Shown: positions 39,207 through 50,365 of the stretch, in pieces
Numbering within the stretch: position 1 is the first letter of the stretch
How the letters are laid out: each line of letters opens with the position of its first letter
From: Candidatus Magasanikiibacteriota bacterium
Lineage (GTDB): Bacteria > Patescibacteriota > Patescibacteriia > Magasanikbacterales > UBA922
NCBI GenBank assembly: GCA_021648085.1
Contig: JAKITS010000001.1
Span: 746,759-810,758, forward strand
Reading direction: 5' to 3'
DNA length: 64,000 nt
Made by a program: the position numbers and the translations under genes
Notes under the pieces: model-generated
What the model saw: the letters and a program-made list of their open reading frames with translations, nothing else
The model's database searches: none
What the model was told of the DNA's origin: nothing

Positions 39207-42200
39207 TTAAATAGCAGGAACTGTATCTACAGCCACAGGTTCTATCACTGGAGCAGGCTCTACCACAACCACTGGTTCTGGAATTGGTTCTTCTACAATT
39301 GGCTCAGGAATCACAGGTTCTGGTGTCGGTTCTATAATAGGCTCCGCAACAACAGGCTCAGGAGTTGGTTCTGGTACAGGCTCTATTAGAGTTGGAGTAG
39401 TCGTAGGTGTTTCCACGACAGGAACAGTTGTAGTTGGTGTTTCTACCAGAATTTCAGGTGTTGTTGTTGGGGTTGAAGTAGGAACTATAGGCTCTGGAAT
39501 TGGCTCTACTACCACAGGAGCTGGTCCAATTCTACGGCTAGCGATTACAACCCAGTCAAAAGTCGCATTACTTGTTCCACTTTGAAGTTCTTTTACGGTA
39601 AACCCGCTCACATCTTTTTGGCTTACAAAAATTCCATTTGCCTCGGCTGTAAGAGTAATAGAAACTTTAATTGGCTTGTCTGCATCTATAATTTCGCTTT
39701 CTACCGCGCTAAATAAAACTTTAAACTCACCATCTACCAAAGTTCCAGATCCAGAATATATGAGTTCAGTATCTTGAGATTGAAGCGCGTACAAATTCTT
39801 GTCTCCTTCTGTTGTTATAATCTTTGTAATAAATCTACCTTCCACATCTACACTCCATGTATTATCTATAGCTATTAGGCTTCTTACATTTATAATAGAA
39901 AAGTTATTTAAATTTAGATCATTTGAAATTGGCAAAATACTACTTCCGCTTGGTACTACTGTCAATTGAGATGGGTCTGCTTGAATATTTATTGCGTTGT
40001 CTTGAGCTACAGAAATTAAGTCTTGTTGCATTTGAGCGATAGTTTGGTTCTTATTATTTACCCAACCAGTTTTGATAAGTCCCATTATTTTTCCAGTTGA
40101 AGTTGTAAGTGAATCTAGTGCAATTCCCACAATTCCCACCACATTGTCGCCAGTGTCTTTTGTAGGATCATATCTCATAGCATGCCCTGGGACAGAAGCG
40201 GTAATGAGTAAATCTCCACGCTCAATTTGTCCATTTTCTGCACTTACTTTAATAGGAACACGACCAACCATTGCCATTACTGCGGTATGTTGTGTCTTAC
40301 CATTACCTACTGTAATTGTAGGATTTGTAGAAACCACACCCGCCACTTCTTGCACATAAGAACCTTGGCTTTTTGTATACATATCACTAGAACTAGAATC
40401 TACCACTAAAACATCTCCAGCTTCTACAATATAAGCTGGGTTTATATCTACTCGCTCTGCCAAGTCTCCCGGTGCTCCTGGAGTACCAACTGTTGCAGAA
40501 GATGCAAACAATTGTCCAGCAGCGCGAACAGTACCATCTCCTTCTACAGAGAATTTTGCAGTTCCGCCAGTTCTTACAGAAAATAGATAATCACCTGGAG
40601 AAGTGAAAGCTGTATCTGTGTCAAAAATATGTGCTGCGTCTGGAATAGAACCAGCTGTAAATGTAATTGCACCTCTTAATATTGTTTTGGTAATACTTGC
40701 ATTACCCAAAGTTACAGAATTACTTCCGTTTCCTGTTGTGGTATGTCCTATCACTATTTCATTTGTATCTCCACTCGCAAAGGCTCTTGTGTTATACCCA
40801 AGATAAAGAGAGTTGGTTGATGTTGCATTTGCTATTGAACCACCAGTTATAGATCTACCCGCCCCATAACCAACGGCTGTATTATCATCTCCTGTAGTAT
40901 TTGAAGAGAGAGCATATGAACCAAATCCAGTATTATTGTCCCCTGTGGTGTTAACCATAAGAACTGAACTACCTATTCCAGTATTATCAGTACCTATTGT
41001 ATCCCTAAGAGTTTCTGTACCAAATGCTGTATTTCCAGAAGTACTAGTAACAGACTTTAAAGTATTAAACCCAACTGCTGTATTATAGAATCCGGTAGTA
41101 TGGCCTTCACCTGAATTTATACCTACGAAAGTATTATAATATCCTTCAATTCCTGAAGTATTAGACAAATTAGTCCCCCCATCTCCTATTATCAATGAGC
41201 CTGTCATTGCGGTTGGGCGGTAAAGGACAACTGTTCCATCCAATGCTACTTTTCCTGATATGTCTAGTGCATAGCTAGGAGTAGTAGTATTTATTCCCAC
41301 AAATCCTGTTGCAGGTCTTAGGTTTAAGTCTCCATATCCTGTGTTGATACTTGCTACTTCACTTTCTACTTCGAATACTGATATGTCGTCAAATTCAACA
41401 TAACCTGTGGAAGCTGATTGCCCCAACACAAGGCTTGTCCCTCCTGCTCCTACAAAGGTTATATCGAAGTATTGCCAATCTGTTGAACTTGTTCCTGTCC
41501 ATAAACTAGATGCAAAATTCACAACCCTAGGGGCATTTGTTCCATTACCTCTTGCCCAACCTGTAAGTCTATATGTTTTTCCAACCACTATTATTGACTG
41601 AAAAGCTCCAGCATTTGCAATTCCTGTTCCTGCTACTCTTAATATTTGCAGTCCACCATGAGGATTAGTTGTTTCTTTTGTTATTGTAGGAAAAGATGTT
41701 TCACTCCATTCCCCAACTCCACTCTTTTCCATATCCCCATCAATCAATACACTCTTTCCATTCAAAGTAAGCTCATTCCCCATATTTATAGTCCTAGAAA
41801 CATAAGCATTTCCATCTACTTCCAAATTATAATTTGCTGTTGTTGTGTTTATTCCCACATATCCTGTTGCAGACATCAAATTTATATCTCCAGCTCCAGT
41901 ACTGATAGTTCCGTCTGTTTGATTGTGATACATTTCTATATATTGAGTTTTTGATGTCGCAGCCGCTGTTGCAGAATAAACTCTAAAATGTGTATTTGTA
42001 GTAGTTGCAACAGAATAATCATTAGTTTTATTTGCATTCGCAACAACACTAATGCCATAATCATTTCCTCCAGCTATAATATTTAAAGATTTATATAAAC
42101 CAGCAGCATTTGCGCCATATAACCCAGGATTTGCAACAGAAGCCCCAAAATAAATTGGTTTGAAATTCATTAATACTTGGTCGTACATTGATATTGCTCC

Positions 42201-45200
42201 AAGCGCAGAATCCAAAACTAAATACCCTTTTCCTGTTGTTATATATCCATTTGTTTGATCGTGGGTGAGGCTTAACCACTCAGATGTACTTTGATTTGCA
42301 GAATGGATGAATACTGTTGGGTTTGTTTGTAGGGTGTGAGAGAAATTATAAGTATAATCATTAAGCTCTGATATTAATATTGAATTGGCTGTTATGCCTG
42401 TATGTAATGTGACCGATGGTAACGTTTGAAAACTATTTCCTGGCATAATAGAACCATAAGCTGCTGTTGATCTTATATCTTTATTTTGTGTTATATATGT
42501 TATGCCCGCAATAAAAGTATTTCCATCAAAATAAGCAGCCCCATCAACCTCAAGTTTTCCACTTACAAATAAATCGTCATTTGCATTTAATGTGTGTGAA
42601 GTAGAACCAGCATCACCAATTACTGTAATTCCTGTTGTGTCTGGGATTAAGTTGATATCATAAGCTCCATAAGTAATCAGATTTAATGAATCTGCGTCCA
42701 GACCAAGCCCTCCTCTTGTTGCTGAATTATACATAAAAGCTATACCAATTTGACCTGCGGCATTAATTGTAAGCGGAGTTATTGTGGTATCTGTTAGAGT
42801 TGTAATCATAAGAGCTCTTGCACCCGGATCCCAATTTGTCCCAGCAGCAGTAATATCCAAAATTGTATTTGTATTTCCCAAAGTAGGAGTTTGAGTAAGA
42901 GAAATCATTGGTGAGGTTTGGTTTATTCCAGCAATATTCAAAGTTCCGTCAAAATATGAATCCCCATTTACACCCAATTTATCATGTACATAAAAGTCTT
43001 GCCCGTTCATCACAAAATTTGCGTCTGCGATAGATTCAGCAGGGGAACCTACCAAGAAGTTGCTCGTTATATATGAATCCACCGAAGATGTTGCGGAAAA
43101 AACAACCCTCCCATTATTAGATTCATCTATCAAATTAATTTGACCATATCTTCCATTTCCACCCGCACCAATTCTAGCTGATATAGAACCATTATTTGCT
43201 CTAAATGTTATTTGTGCATTTCCATTTGTATCATAAAATTCACCTGTTCCTTCTCTATTTATTACAAAAACATCAGAGCCAGCTTCTGTTATTTTAAATA
43301 AGTTTGAAGTCCCAAATGAATTTGTATTAAATGTAAATGCAGTATCGCTAGCGCTAGCATCTGTAAGGTTCGATGTAAACAAAGTCGAACTTGCAAAAGT
43401 TAAAGTTGAGGAGTTTGTGCCGTTGCTCATTCCAAAGTTTCCGTTTAATAACAACCCACTTCTTCCAATACTCAAACCTCCTTTGATGTCTACTCCATTC
43501 TCAAAACGAGAGAAATTGAATACCTGCAAATTGTCAATTTGTGCTGTACCTATCTCTGTATTTGAGATTGTTGCTCCTGTGATGTCTATTATTAATAAAC
43601 TATCATTTGAAGTGGCAGTCTGATAAACATAATTTCCCTTTAATGCCAATCCACCAGGTCCAGACACACTTAGAGACGAAACAATTGATAAATTTGATTT
43701 ATCTGTTATGTCTATTATTTTTAGTGTAGCATTAGAATAAGTTGACACATAAGCATAATTTCCTGAAATTTCTATATGTTCAGGTGCATATAAATCTGCT
43801 GTTCCTGGTTTAAAAATAGATATTGTAGTTGGACTTTCTGGATTTGAAACATCTACTACAGCAATACTATTATTACTAAAAGCTGTAAGATATGCATAAT
43901 TTCCTACAACTCTTACATCACGCGTACCATCCAAATCTCCACCAACTCCATTTGGTTGATAAGTTGAGACAAGCGAAGGATTGTATGGATCTGAAATATC
44001 TGCTATTACCATTTTATCATTCACAGAAGTTGTCAAATATGCATAATTTCCTACCACATCAAAACCAAACATATTTGTTAAAGTTCCACTTGCATTAAAT
44101 GTAGAGACCAAGGTTGGATTATATGGATCTGAAATATCTACTATTGTCATTTTTCCTCCTAATAATGCTGCAATATATGCATAATTCCCTACTATTTTAA
44201 TCGTTCTTGCTCCATTTAAATCCCCATTTAATCCTCCTGGTTGAAAAATTGCTGTTGTGGTTGGACTTGCTGGATTTGTTATATCTATTATTACAAGTTG
44301 ATCTTTATCATAAGAAAGAGCATAAGCGTAATTATTTGCAATAGCAACATCTGATATATTATCCAAATCTCCATTTAAACCTCCAGGTTGAAAAATTGCT
44401 GTTGTGGTTGGACTTGTTGGATCTGCAATATTTATTATTACAAGCTGATCTTTCGCTCCAGCGCTAGTATAAGCATAATTACCAGAAATTCTTACTTTAG
44501 ATATTCCATCCAAATCTCCATTTAAACCCCCAGGTTGAAAAGTACTTACTATTGTAGGATTTAAAACATTACCTTTTGTTAAAGTCTGCCCAGCAAAAGT
44601 AGAGGCGCCACTTATATATGCAGTTCCACTTACTGTTAAACCATAACCAGGTGTTGTTGTATTTATTCCCACAAATCCTGTGGCAGGTCTTAGGTTTAAG
44701 TCTCCATATCCTGTGTTGATACTTGCTACTTCACTTTCTACTTCGAATACTGATACATCGTCAAATTCTACATATCCTGCACTGGTACAATCAGACTCTA
44801 AAAAAATGCTTGCCCCTGCTGCAACAAATGTAATATCAAAGTATTGCCAAGTTGTTGATGTTGTTCCATTCCACTGTGCAGTTGCATTTGGAGAATCTAT
44901 ATTAGGTTTGAACGTCCCATCACCCCTCGCCCATCCTCTAACCCTGTATTTCTTACCACTCGTAACGATACTTTGAAAAGCTGAAGGTTGATTAGTACCA
45001 TTGTAAGCTATTCTTAAGTTTTGAACTCCTGTGACTGGGTCTGTTGTTTCTTTTGTAAGAATTGCATTTGAACCTACAGCCCAAGCACCTACCCCATCAG
45101 TCTCCATATCCCCATCAATCAATAGACTCTTTCCATTCAAAGTAAGCTCATTCCCCATATTTATAGTCCTAGAAACATAAGCATTTCCATCTACTTCCAA

Positions 45201-48200
45201 ATTATAATTTGCTGTTGTTGTGTTTATTCCCACAAATCCTGTTGCAGACATTAAGTTTATATCTCCAGCTCCAGTACTGATAGTTCCGTCTGTTTGATTG
45301 TGGGTGAGGCTTAACCATTCAGATGTACTTTGATTTGCAGAGTGAATGAATACTGTTGGGTTTGTTTGAGCTGAATGAGCAAAATCATATCCTCTATCTG
45401 CTGTTTGTGTAAAAATAATTGAATTAGCCACATCATCCAATCCCCAAATCATAGTATCTACAGTTTGACCTGTCGACCAATCTAATCTTGAATCTTGAGA
45501 ATTACCAAATTGTAATTCTGTGTTATTCAACATTACAATATCTCCATTCGCACCAATAGTTGTAAGACCATCAAAAACAGCTGTTGAGTCAAAATAAGCA
45601 GCCCCATCAACCTCAAGTTTTCCACTTATAAATAAATCGTCATTTGCATTTAATGTGTGTGAAGTAGTCCCAGCATCACCAATTGTGATAACAGTTGAAT
45701 TTCCTATTATTTGATCTACTCCTGTGATGTCATTTCCTGCCAACGACATTACACCACCCAATGTCACACCTGCTGTAAATGAAGCGGAACTATCAAAAAA
45801 TGAATAGCCGTCAACCTCAAAAGCTCCACTTACAAACAAATCATCATTTGTGGTTAGATCATGACTGTCTGTTCCAGCGTCACCAATTGTCACATTATTT
45901 AAATTTCCTATTATTTGATCTACTCCTGTGATGTCATTTCCTGCCATCAAAATATTCCCCCCCATTGATAAAGTACTTGCGATATATGCTGTTCCGCTTA
46001 CAGTTAATTTATATCCAGGTGTTGTTGTGTTTATTCCTACATTGCTACCAAGAATAGTCATTGCCTCATTGCCACCACCATCCGCAGAATTTGAAACAAA
46101 GAACCGCATTCGTCCTTTTTCAGCGCCAGCAGTCATATCTTGATTTAGCATCAGGATTGAACCATATTTAGTGCGTGTACCTACTGAATTTGCTAAGAAG
46201 TATTCAATACCAACATTGTTTAAACTATTATATTGTGAACCATCAAGATTTATTTTAGTTTTATTTACTGATGTACTCTGTATATCCAATATACTTTGCG
46301 GTGTAGAAGTTCCAATACCTACATTACCAGCAGCTAATATCGTCATTTTTGGAGAATTATTTGTCCTAAAAGTCAAATTGTGGTTGCTAACCGCTCCCAT
46401 AAAAACATTGGACCCGCTTGCATTTGTTCCAAAACCCCCTTCAACATCATTTGTAGTATCTCTGAAAATCATTAAACTATTTCCAGCATTGTAAAAACCA
46501 GCTTGTGCTGTAGTCCCAATTGGTGTTTCAGGAGTACCCATAGTGAAAAGATGATTTGGTATATTTGTCCCAATACCCACATAACCAGCATTATCAATTA
46601 TCATTCTATCTTGTAGTACAGCACTACTATCAGCTGTGCTAAATTTCATCCAACCACCATTTACACTTGCACTTCTATCTTGAACGAGAATTGACCCTTT
46701 TATAGCATTATTATAACCACGAAAATTAAGTGTTGGTTCATATGGACTAGCAGTTGATCCAGCAGACCCTTTTGTACCAATAGATATTGCAGCGCCACCA
46801 CTAGCTTCAACATTTAATTCATTAGTTAAAGTAGAAGTTGTTCCTATTCCTACATTTCCCTTTAGGAAAGTGTCAGTAATATTATCATTCCCCAAAGTAA
46901 CGGAATTACTTCCGTTTCCTGTTGCGTCGTATCCTATTACTATTTCATTTGTGCCACCATCTGCGAGTGCTTTTGTGTTATAACCAAGATAAAGAGAATT
47001 ATTTCCATTTATATTTGCTGATGTACCATTTGTTAAATATCTACCAGAACCCCAACCTAAAGCTGTATTATTAGATGCTACATTTGCATATAAAGACGCT
47101 CGTCCTATTACTGTATTACCACTTCCTCCTATATTAGCTGCAAGAGCAACAAAACCAATTACCACATTTTGATTTCCTATAGTCAATGCCTTAGCAGTAT
47201 TATAACCAATTAAGGTATTTTCAAGACCTGCTGTATTTGCACTTCCAGATCCAAGTCCTACAAAAGTATTATAATATCCTTCATTTCCAGTAGTATTTGA
47301 CAAATTTGTTCCTCCATCTCCTATTATCAATGAGCCTGTCATTGCGGTTGGGCGGTAAAGAACAACTGTTCCATCCAATGCTACTTTTCCTGATACATCT
47401 AGTGCATAGCTAGGAGTAGTGGTGTTTATTCCCACAAATCCTGTTGCAGACATTAAGTTTATATCTCCAGCTCCTGTTGAAATTACTCCATTTGTTTGGT
47501 CGTGCGTTAAGCTTAACCATTGAGTATTATCTGAATCTGGATCTGTGGCAGAATGTATAAATATTGTTGGGTTTGTCTGATTTCCATGGTCAAAACTTTT
47601 TGTCTGATTTCCAACTTTTGTAAATACTATTGATTGTGAATTTGTACCCAAAGCCCAAATTAAAGTTTCTGCTGTTGCTTCATTTGTGCTCCAGTCCAAA
47701 AATGAATCACTAGATCCACCAAAAGTTATATTTCCGTCATCCAACATAAATAAATCTGAAGTTGAAAGCCTTCCATCAAAAAACGAATTACCATCTACTT
47801 CTAGCCTACCACTTACAAATAAATCATCATTTGTGGTAAAAGCACGACTAGAACTTCCGGCATCTCCAACTGTAATATATGTTGAATTTCCTATTATTTG
47901 ATCTACTCCTGTGATGTCGTTTCCTGATAATGCCAAATTTCCACCTAAAGTGGATAAACCACTAATATACGTAGTACCGCTCACAGTAAGAGCGTAGTTT
48001 GGTGTACTTGTTCCAATTCCAAAATTTCCAGTTCCAATTACTACATTTTGGTTGTTTGTTGTATTTAAACTTAATGTACTTGCCGAATCTATTGTAAGAG
48101 CTCCACCAGTCATTGAAATAACTCCACCGTCCACATCGCCATTCAAGTGAAGTGTGCTAGTTCCAATATATAAATCGTTTTCAATAAATACTGCGTTTCC

Positions 48201-49280
48201 TACTCCAAGCATATCAGCCACATACATATCATTTCCACTCAAAGCAAATGTTGAAGTTGTAATAGCTTCTGAGCCAGTAGTTCCAATAAACAAGTTCTGA
48301 TTTATATAAGAATTACTATCAGCAGATAATTTAATTCCTGTTAAATTTGTACTTTTTTTAATATAAAGAGAACCTGCTTGATTTAACGCACCAATATAAT
48401 TAGTAACATAATTAGATGCTTGAGATATTTGAAATCCAACACTATTACCATTTTGAACTTTAAGATGTGCTCCACCAGAAGTTTCACCTTGTACTGTCAA
48501 GCTTGTAGTGTCGTTACTTACCACTTTCAATAAAACATTTGAATTTGTAGAAGTTCCAACCTCCATACTTCCTGCGAGAAATCCATCTCCGTCTTCGTCT
48601 ACTCGGAATTTTTCTGCGCCGTTTAAAGCTATTCCAAACAAAGTTTCATTTGCATCGGCAGAAGCAGGATTGATATAAACCAAACCACCACTCACTCCGC
48701 TAGATTGAGGATCGCCAGAAAAAGTTAAGTTTCCGTTTGAATCTGAGAGAGGAATGTAAACCGAGCTAGAAGCAGTCGCGGTCTCGTAGCCCATAAGGTA
48801 TTTACTGTTCATTGCAAAAGGCGATGCTGTGATTTGTTTTCTAGGAGAAAGTGCAGTGCCATCTACCCAAACTTCCAAGTAAATTGTTGAATTATTTTTA
48901 AAAATCGTAGAATCTATACTATTTGTAATTCCTGATCCCAAATCTACAGAGAAAATACCTTGGCTTGGTGTTATAGAAACTGTAGAAGTACTTGCCAAAG
49001 TTCCACCAGCAGTATAAAGCAAACTTCCTCCGCTAGATGCGTCGTAAAGCAAAAATGCCATTGATTTTGTAGTAGTCACAGAAGCACCGCTTTCCAAAAG
49101 TTTACCTTGATAAGAAATGATAGTTGGCGGAGTTGCAGTTTTTACTGTATTGGTTAGGAGGAGGCCTCCTAAGACAAAAAGTGAAATTAGAAAAGCAAAA
49201 GCAAGCCGTGTAAAGGCCATTTTTGGCAATCTAAAGAGTTTAGTTTTTACAACCCAATTACTTTGTGGCATGTTTTTCAC
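39207..49280 (-). CDS. Giant fibre/adhesin-like surface protein with G.VGI.TTTP repeats, an LVIVD block, two carbohydrate-binding-like domains, a C-terminal peptidase-G2/IMC-like chaperone domain and a Pro/Glu tail
   Basis: ISYQGKL N-terminal domain; many GNVGIGT/GFVGINTTTP joints; GDLAER...GDVLV...AGVVST.P...GRVPIKV...IERGDLL...PGHAM. Confidence 0.85.
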   Translation of the reverse strand: MKNMPQSNWVVKTKLFRLPKMAFTRLAFAFLISLFVLGGLLLTNTVKTATPPTIISYQGKLLESGASVTTTKSMAFLLYDASSGGSLLYTAGGTLASTSTVSITPSQGIFSVDLGSGITNSIDSTIFKNNSTIYLEVWVDGTALSPRKQITASPFAMNSKYLMGYETATASSSVYIPLSDSNGNLTFSGDPQSSGVSGGLVYINPASADANETLFGIALNGAEKFRVDEDGDGFLAGSMEVGTSTNSNVLLKVVSNDTTSLTVQGETSGGAHLKVQNGNSVGFQISQASNYVTNYIGALNQAGSLYIKKSTNLTGIKLSADSNSYINQNLFIGTTGSEAITTSTFALSGNDMYVADMLGVGNAVFIENDLYIGTSTLHLNGDVDGGVISMTGGALTIDSASTLSLNTTNNQNVVIGTGNFGIGTSTPNYALTVSGTTYISGLSTLGGNLALSGNDITGVDQIIGNSTYITVGDAGSSSRAFTTNDDLFVSGRLEVDGNSFFDGRLSTSDLFMLDDGNITFGGSSDSFLDWSTNEATAETLIWALGTNSQSIVFTKVGNQTKSFDHGNQTNPTIFIHSATDPDSDNTQWLSLTHDQTNGVISTGAGDINLMSATGFVGINTTTPSYALDVSGKVALDGTVVLYRPTAMTGSLIIGDGGTNLSNTTGNEGYYNTFVGLGSGSANTAGLENTLIGYNTAKALTIGNQNVVIGFVALAANIGGSGNTVIGRASLYANVASNNTALGWGSGRYLTNGTSANINGNNSLYLGYNTKALADGGTNEIVIGYDATGNGSNSVTLGNDNITDTFLKGNVGIGTTSTLTNELNVEASGGAAISIGTKGSAGSTASPYEPTLNFRGYNNAIKGSILVQDRSASVNGGWMKFSTADSSAVLQDRMIIDNAGYVGIGTNIPNHLFTMGTPETPIGTTAQAGFYNAGNSLMIFRDTTNDVEGGFGTNASGSNVFMGAVSNHNLTFRTNNSPKMTILAAGNVGIGTSTPQSILDIQSTSVNKTKINLDGSQYNSLNNVGIEYFLANSVGTRTKYGSILMLNQDMTAGAEKGRMRFFVSNSADGGGNEAMTILGSNVGINTTTPGYKLTVSGTAYIASTLSMGGNILMAGNDITGVDQIIGNLNNVTIGDAGTDSHDLTTNDDLFVSGAFEVDGYSFFDSSASFTAGVTLGGVMSLAGNDITGVDQIIGNSTVITIGDAGTTSHTLNANDDLFISGKLEVDGAAYFDSTAVFDGLTTIGANGDIVMLNNTELQFGNSQDSRLDWSTGQTVDTMIWGLDDVANSIIFTQTADRGYDFAHSAQTNPTVFIHSANQSTSEWLSLTHNQTDGTISTGAGDINLMSATGFVGINTTTANYNLEVDGNAYVSRTINMGNELTLNGKSLLIDGDMETDGVGAWAVGSNAILTKETTDPVTGVQNLRIAYNGTNQPSAFQSIVTSGKKYRVRGWARGDGTFKPNIDSPNATAQWNGTTSTTWQYFDITFVAAGASIFLESDCTSAGYVEFDDVSVFEVESEVASINTGYGDLNLRPATGFVGINTTTPGYGLTVSGTAYISGASTFAGQTLTKGNVLNPTIVSTFQPGGLNGDLDGISKVRISGNYAYTSAGAKDQLVIINIADPTSPTTTAIFQPGGLNGDLDNISDVAIANNYAYALSYDKDQLVIIDITNPASPTTTAIFQPGGLNGDLNGARTIKIVGNYAYIAALLGGKMTIVDISDPYNPTLVSTFNASGTLTNMFGFDVVGNYAYLTTSVNDKMVIADISDPYNPSLVSTYQPNGVGGDLDGTRDVRVVGNYAYLTAFSNNSIAVVDVSNPESPTTISIFKPGTADLYAPEHIEISGNYAYVSTYSNATLKIIDITDKSNLSIVSSLSVSGPGGLALKGNYVYQTATSNDSLLIIDITGATISNTEIGTAQIDNLQVFNFSRFENGVDIKGGLSIGRSGLLLNGNFGMSNGTNSSTLTFASSTLFTSNLTDASASDTAFTFNTNSFGTSNLFKITEAGSDVFVINREGTGEFYDTNGNAQITFRANNGSISARIGAGGNGRYGQINLIDESNNGRVVFSATSSVDSYITSNFLVGSPAESIADANFVMNGQDFYVHDKLGVNGDSYFDGTLNIAGINQTSPMISLTQTPTLGNTNTILDITAAGTNWDPGARALMITTLTDTTITPLTINAAGQIGIAFMYNSATRGGLGLDADSLNLITYGAYDINLIPDTTGITVIGDAGSTSHTLNANDDLFVSGKLEVDGAAYFDGNTFIAGITYITQNKDIRSTAAYGSIMPGNSFQTLPSVTLHTGITANSILISELNDYTYNFSHTLQTNPTVFIHSANQSTSEWLSLTHDQTNGYITTGKGYLVLDSALGAISMYDQVLMNFKPIYFGASVANPGLYGANAAGLYKSLNIIAGGNDYGISVVANANKTNDYSVATTTNTHFRVYSATAAATSKTQYIEMYHNQTDGTISTGAGDINLMSATGYVGINTTTANYNLEVDGNAYVSRTINMGNELTLNGKSVLIDGDMEKSGVGEWSETSFPTITKETTNPHGGLQILRVAGTGIANAGAFQSIIVVGKTYRLTGWARGNGTNAPRVVNFASSLWTGTSSTDWQYFDITFVGAGGTSLVLGQSASTGYVEFDDISVFEVESEVASINTGYGDLNLRPATGFVGINTTTPSYALDISGKVALDGTVVLYRPTAMTGSLIIGDGGTNLSNTSGIEGYYNTFVGINSGEGHTTGFYNTAVGFNTLKSVTSTSGNTAFGTETLRDTIGTDNTGIGSSVLMVNTTGDNNTGFGSYALSSNTTGDDNTAVGYGAGRSITGGSIANATSTNSLYLGYNTRAFASGDTNEIVIGHTTTGNGSNSVTLGNASITKTILRGAITFTAGSIPDAAHIFDTDTAFTSPGDYLFSVRTGGTAKFSVEGDGTVRAAGQLFASSATVGTPGAPGDLAERVDINPAYIVEAGDVLVVDSSSSDMYTKSQGSYVQEVAGVVSTNPTITVGNGKTQHTAVMAMVGRVPIKVSAENGQIERGDLLITASVPGHAMRYDPTKDTGDNVVGIVGIALDSLTTSTGKIMGLIKTGWVNNKNQTIAQMQQDLISVAQDNAINIQADPSQLTVVPSGSSILPISNDLNLNNFSIINVRSLIAIDNTWSVDVEGRFITKIITTEGDKNLYALQSQDTELIYSGSGTLVDGEFKVLFSAVESEIIDADKPIKVSITLTAEANGIFVSQKDVSGFTVKELQSGTSNATFDWVVIASRRIGPAPVVVEPIPEPIVPTSTPTTTPEILVETPTTTVPVVETPTTTPTLIEPVPEPTPEPVVAEPIIEPTPEPVIPEPIVEEPIPEPVVVVEPAPVIEPVAVDTVPAI

Positions 49281-49430
49281 AATTCACAGAAAATATATAA
49301 ATTCGGCCCAACAAGCTAAACCGCGAAAAACTCTTCCACGGACGAGGACTACCCTCTTTGGGTTATTTTCTGCGTACTAATAAAAAACATTTGTAAACTT
49401 AGAGTATATTGTATTCTTGTAATTCTATCT

Positions 49431-49774
49431 CGAGACCCTTCGGCTTCGCTCAGGATGACATACTAGAAAAACACTTTTTATCTCAGTAAAATAGCTGACT
49501 GAGCTAAAATAGTTTTCTAGCTATACTCTTACTATATTTTAACATAAAATGAAAGATTTTTCACACACAAACTGTGGATAAGTTTTATACTTTTTTTCTT
49601 CCTTAGGAAATATTATTTAAAAACGCTTTTTTATAGTAGAATAAGCTATAAAAATAAAATTAGAAAAATATATTTTTTGGTGTTTTTTGTATATTATGCT
49701 TCGCTCCGTTCGGGGGATGACGTGATGGAAAGGTGATGCTGCCCCGAGATCCTTCGGCTTCGCTCAGGATGACG
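49431..49774 (+). repeat. REP B half-sites
   Basis: cgagacccttcggcttcgctcaggatgac (49431) and cgagatccttcggcttcgctcaggatgacg (about 49745). Confidence 0.85.
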
Positions 49775-49841
49775 TGAATAGTTTCTGTCTCATGCTATAT
49801 GTATCGTATCTCATAATTATTTTTATTTTTAATTTAAAAAC

Positions 49842-49870
49842 TTGACATATAAAATTAAAGGTTCTAAAAT
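49842..49870 (+). promoter_or_regulatory. sigma70 promoter
   Basis: TTGACA-17-TAAAAT upstream of 49935. Confidence 0.7.
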
Positions 49871-49934
49871 TTAAATACCGCTCATTTACAATATTTTACA
49901 CAGATGTTTTGTGTAAAAAAAGGAGGAATTCAAA

Positions 49935-50324
49935 ATGAAAAAGCTTCTAGGTTTTATTCTCTTACTTTCCATCTTCACATTCCCTACTTTTCTTGTATCT
50001 TGCGGAGACGAAGGATCTCCACCGTTTACTCTTTACAACAACACCGCTGAAGATGTAGAGCCTTATATTGATGTAGTTTTGGATGTTAATCTACATAACT
50101 GCGATGAGCTTGCGTGGGTAGAAAATGTTCAAGAATGTTGTGCCGATGACACAGGTTGTCTACCAGCTACATGTAGTTTGGAACAAAAAAAATACGAGTG
50201 CTGGATCTCTTGCCCAAGCAGATTTGCAGGAGCACCAACTACAAATACACGCTTTTCATTTGATCACGAACATCATTCTTTTAAAGTTGACTACAGAGAA
50301 TTTGGAATTCTCACCTGCAACTAA
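49935..50324 (+). CDS. Cys-rich putative lipoprotein
   Basis: SD AGGAGG; MKK-hydrophobic-LVSC lipobox; own promoter and terminator (50330-50360). Confidence 0.75.
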   Translation: MKKLLGFILLLSIFTFPTFLVSCGDEGSPPFTLYNNTAEDVEPYIDVVLDVNLHNCDELAWVENVQECCADDTGCLPATCSLEQKKYECWISCPSRFAGAPTTNTRFSFDHEHHSFKVDYREFGILTCN

Positions 50325-50365
50325 GACTCAAAAACCCTCGTTTTTAACGAGGGTTTTTTTATTCA

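Noticed and set aside
41140-47480. Diversity-generating retroelement TR/VR pair
   Set aside because: No reverse transcriptase is in the window, both repeat copies are coding, and the differences I could see are few and not obviously adenine-specific.
40072-47901. Plus-strand ORFs inside the giant genes and other antisense ORFs in the track
   Set aside because: They are shadow frames of well-supported genes on the opposite strand.
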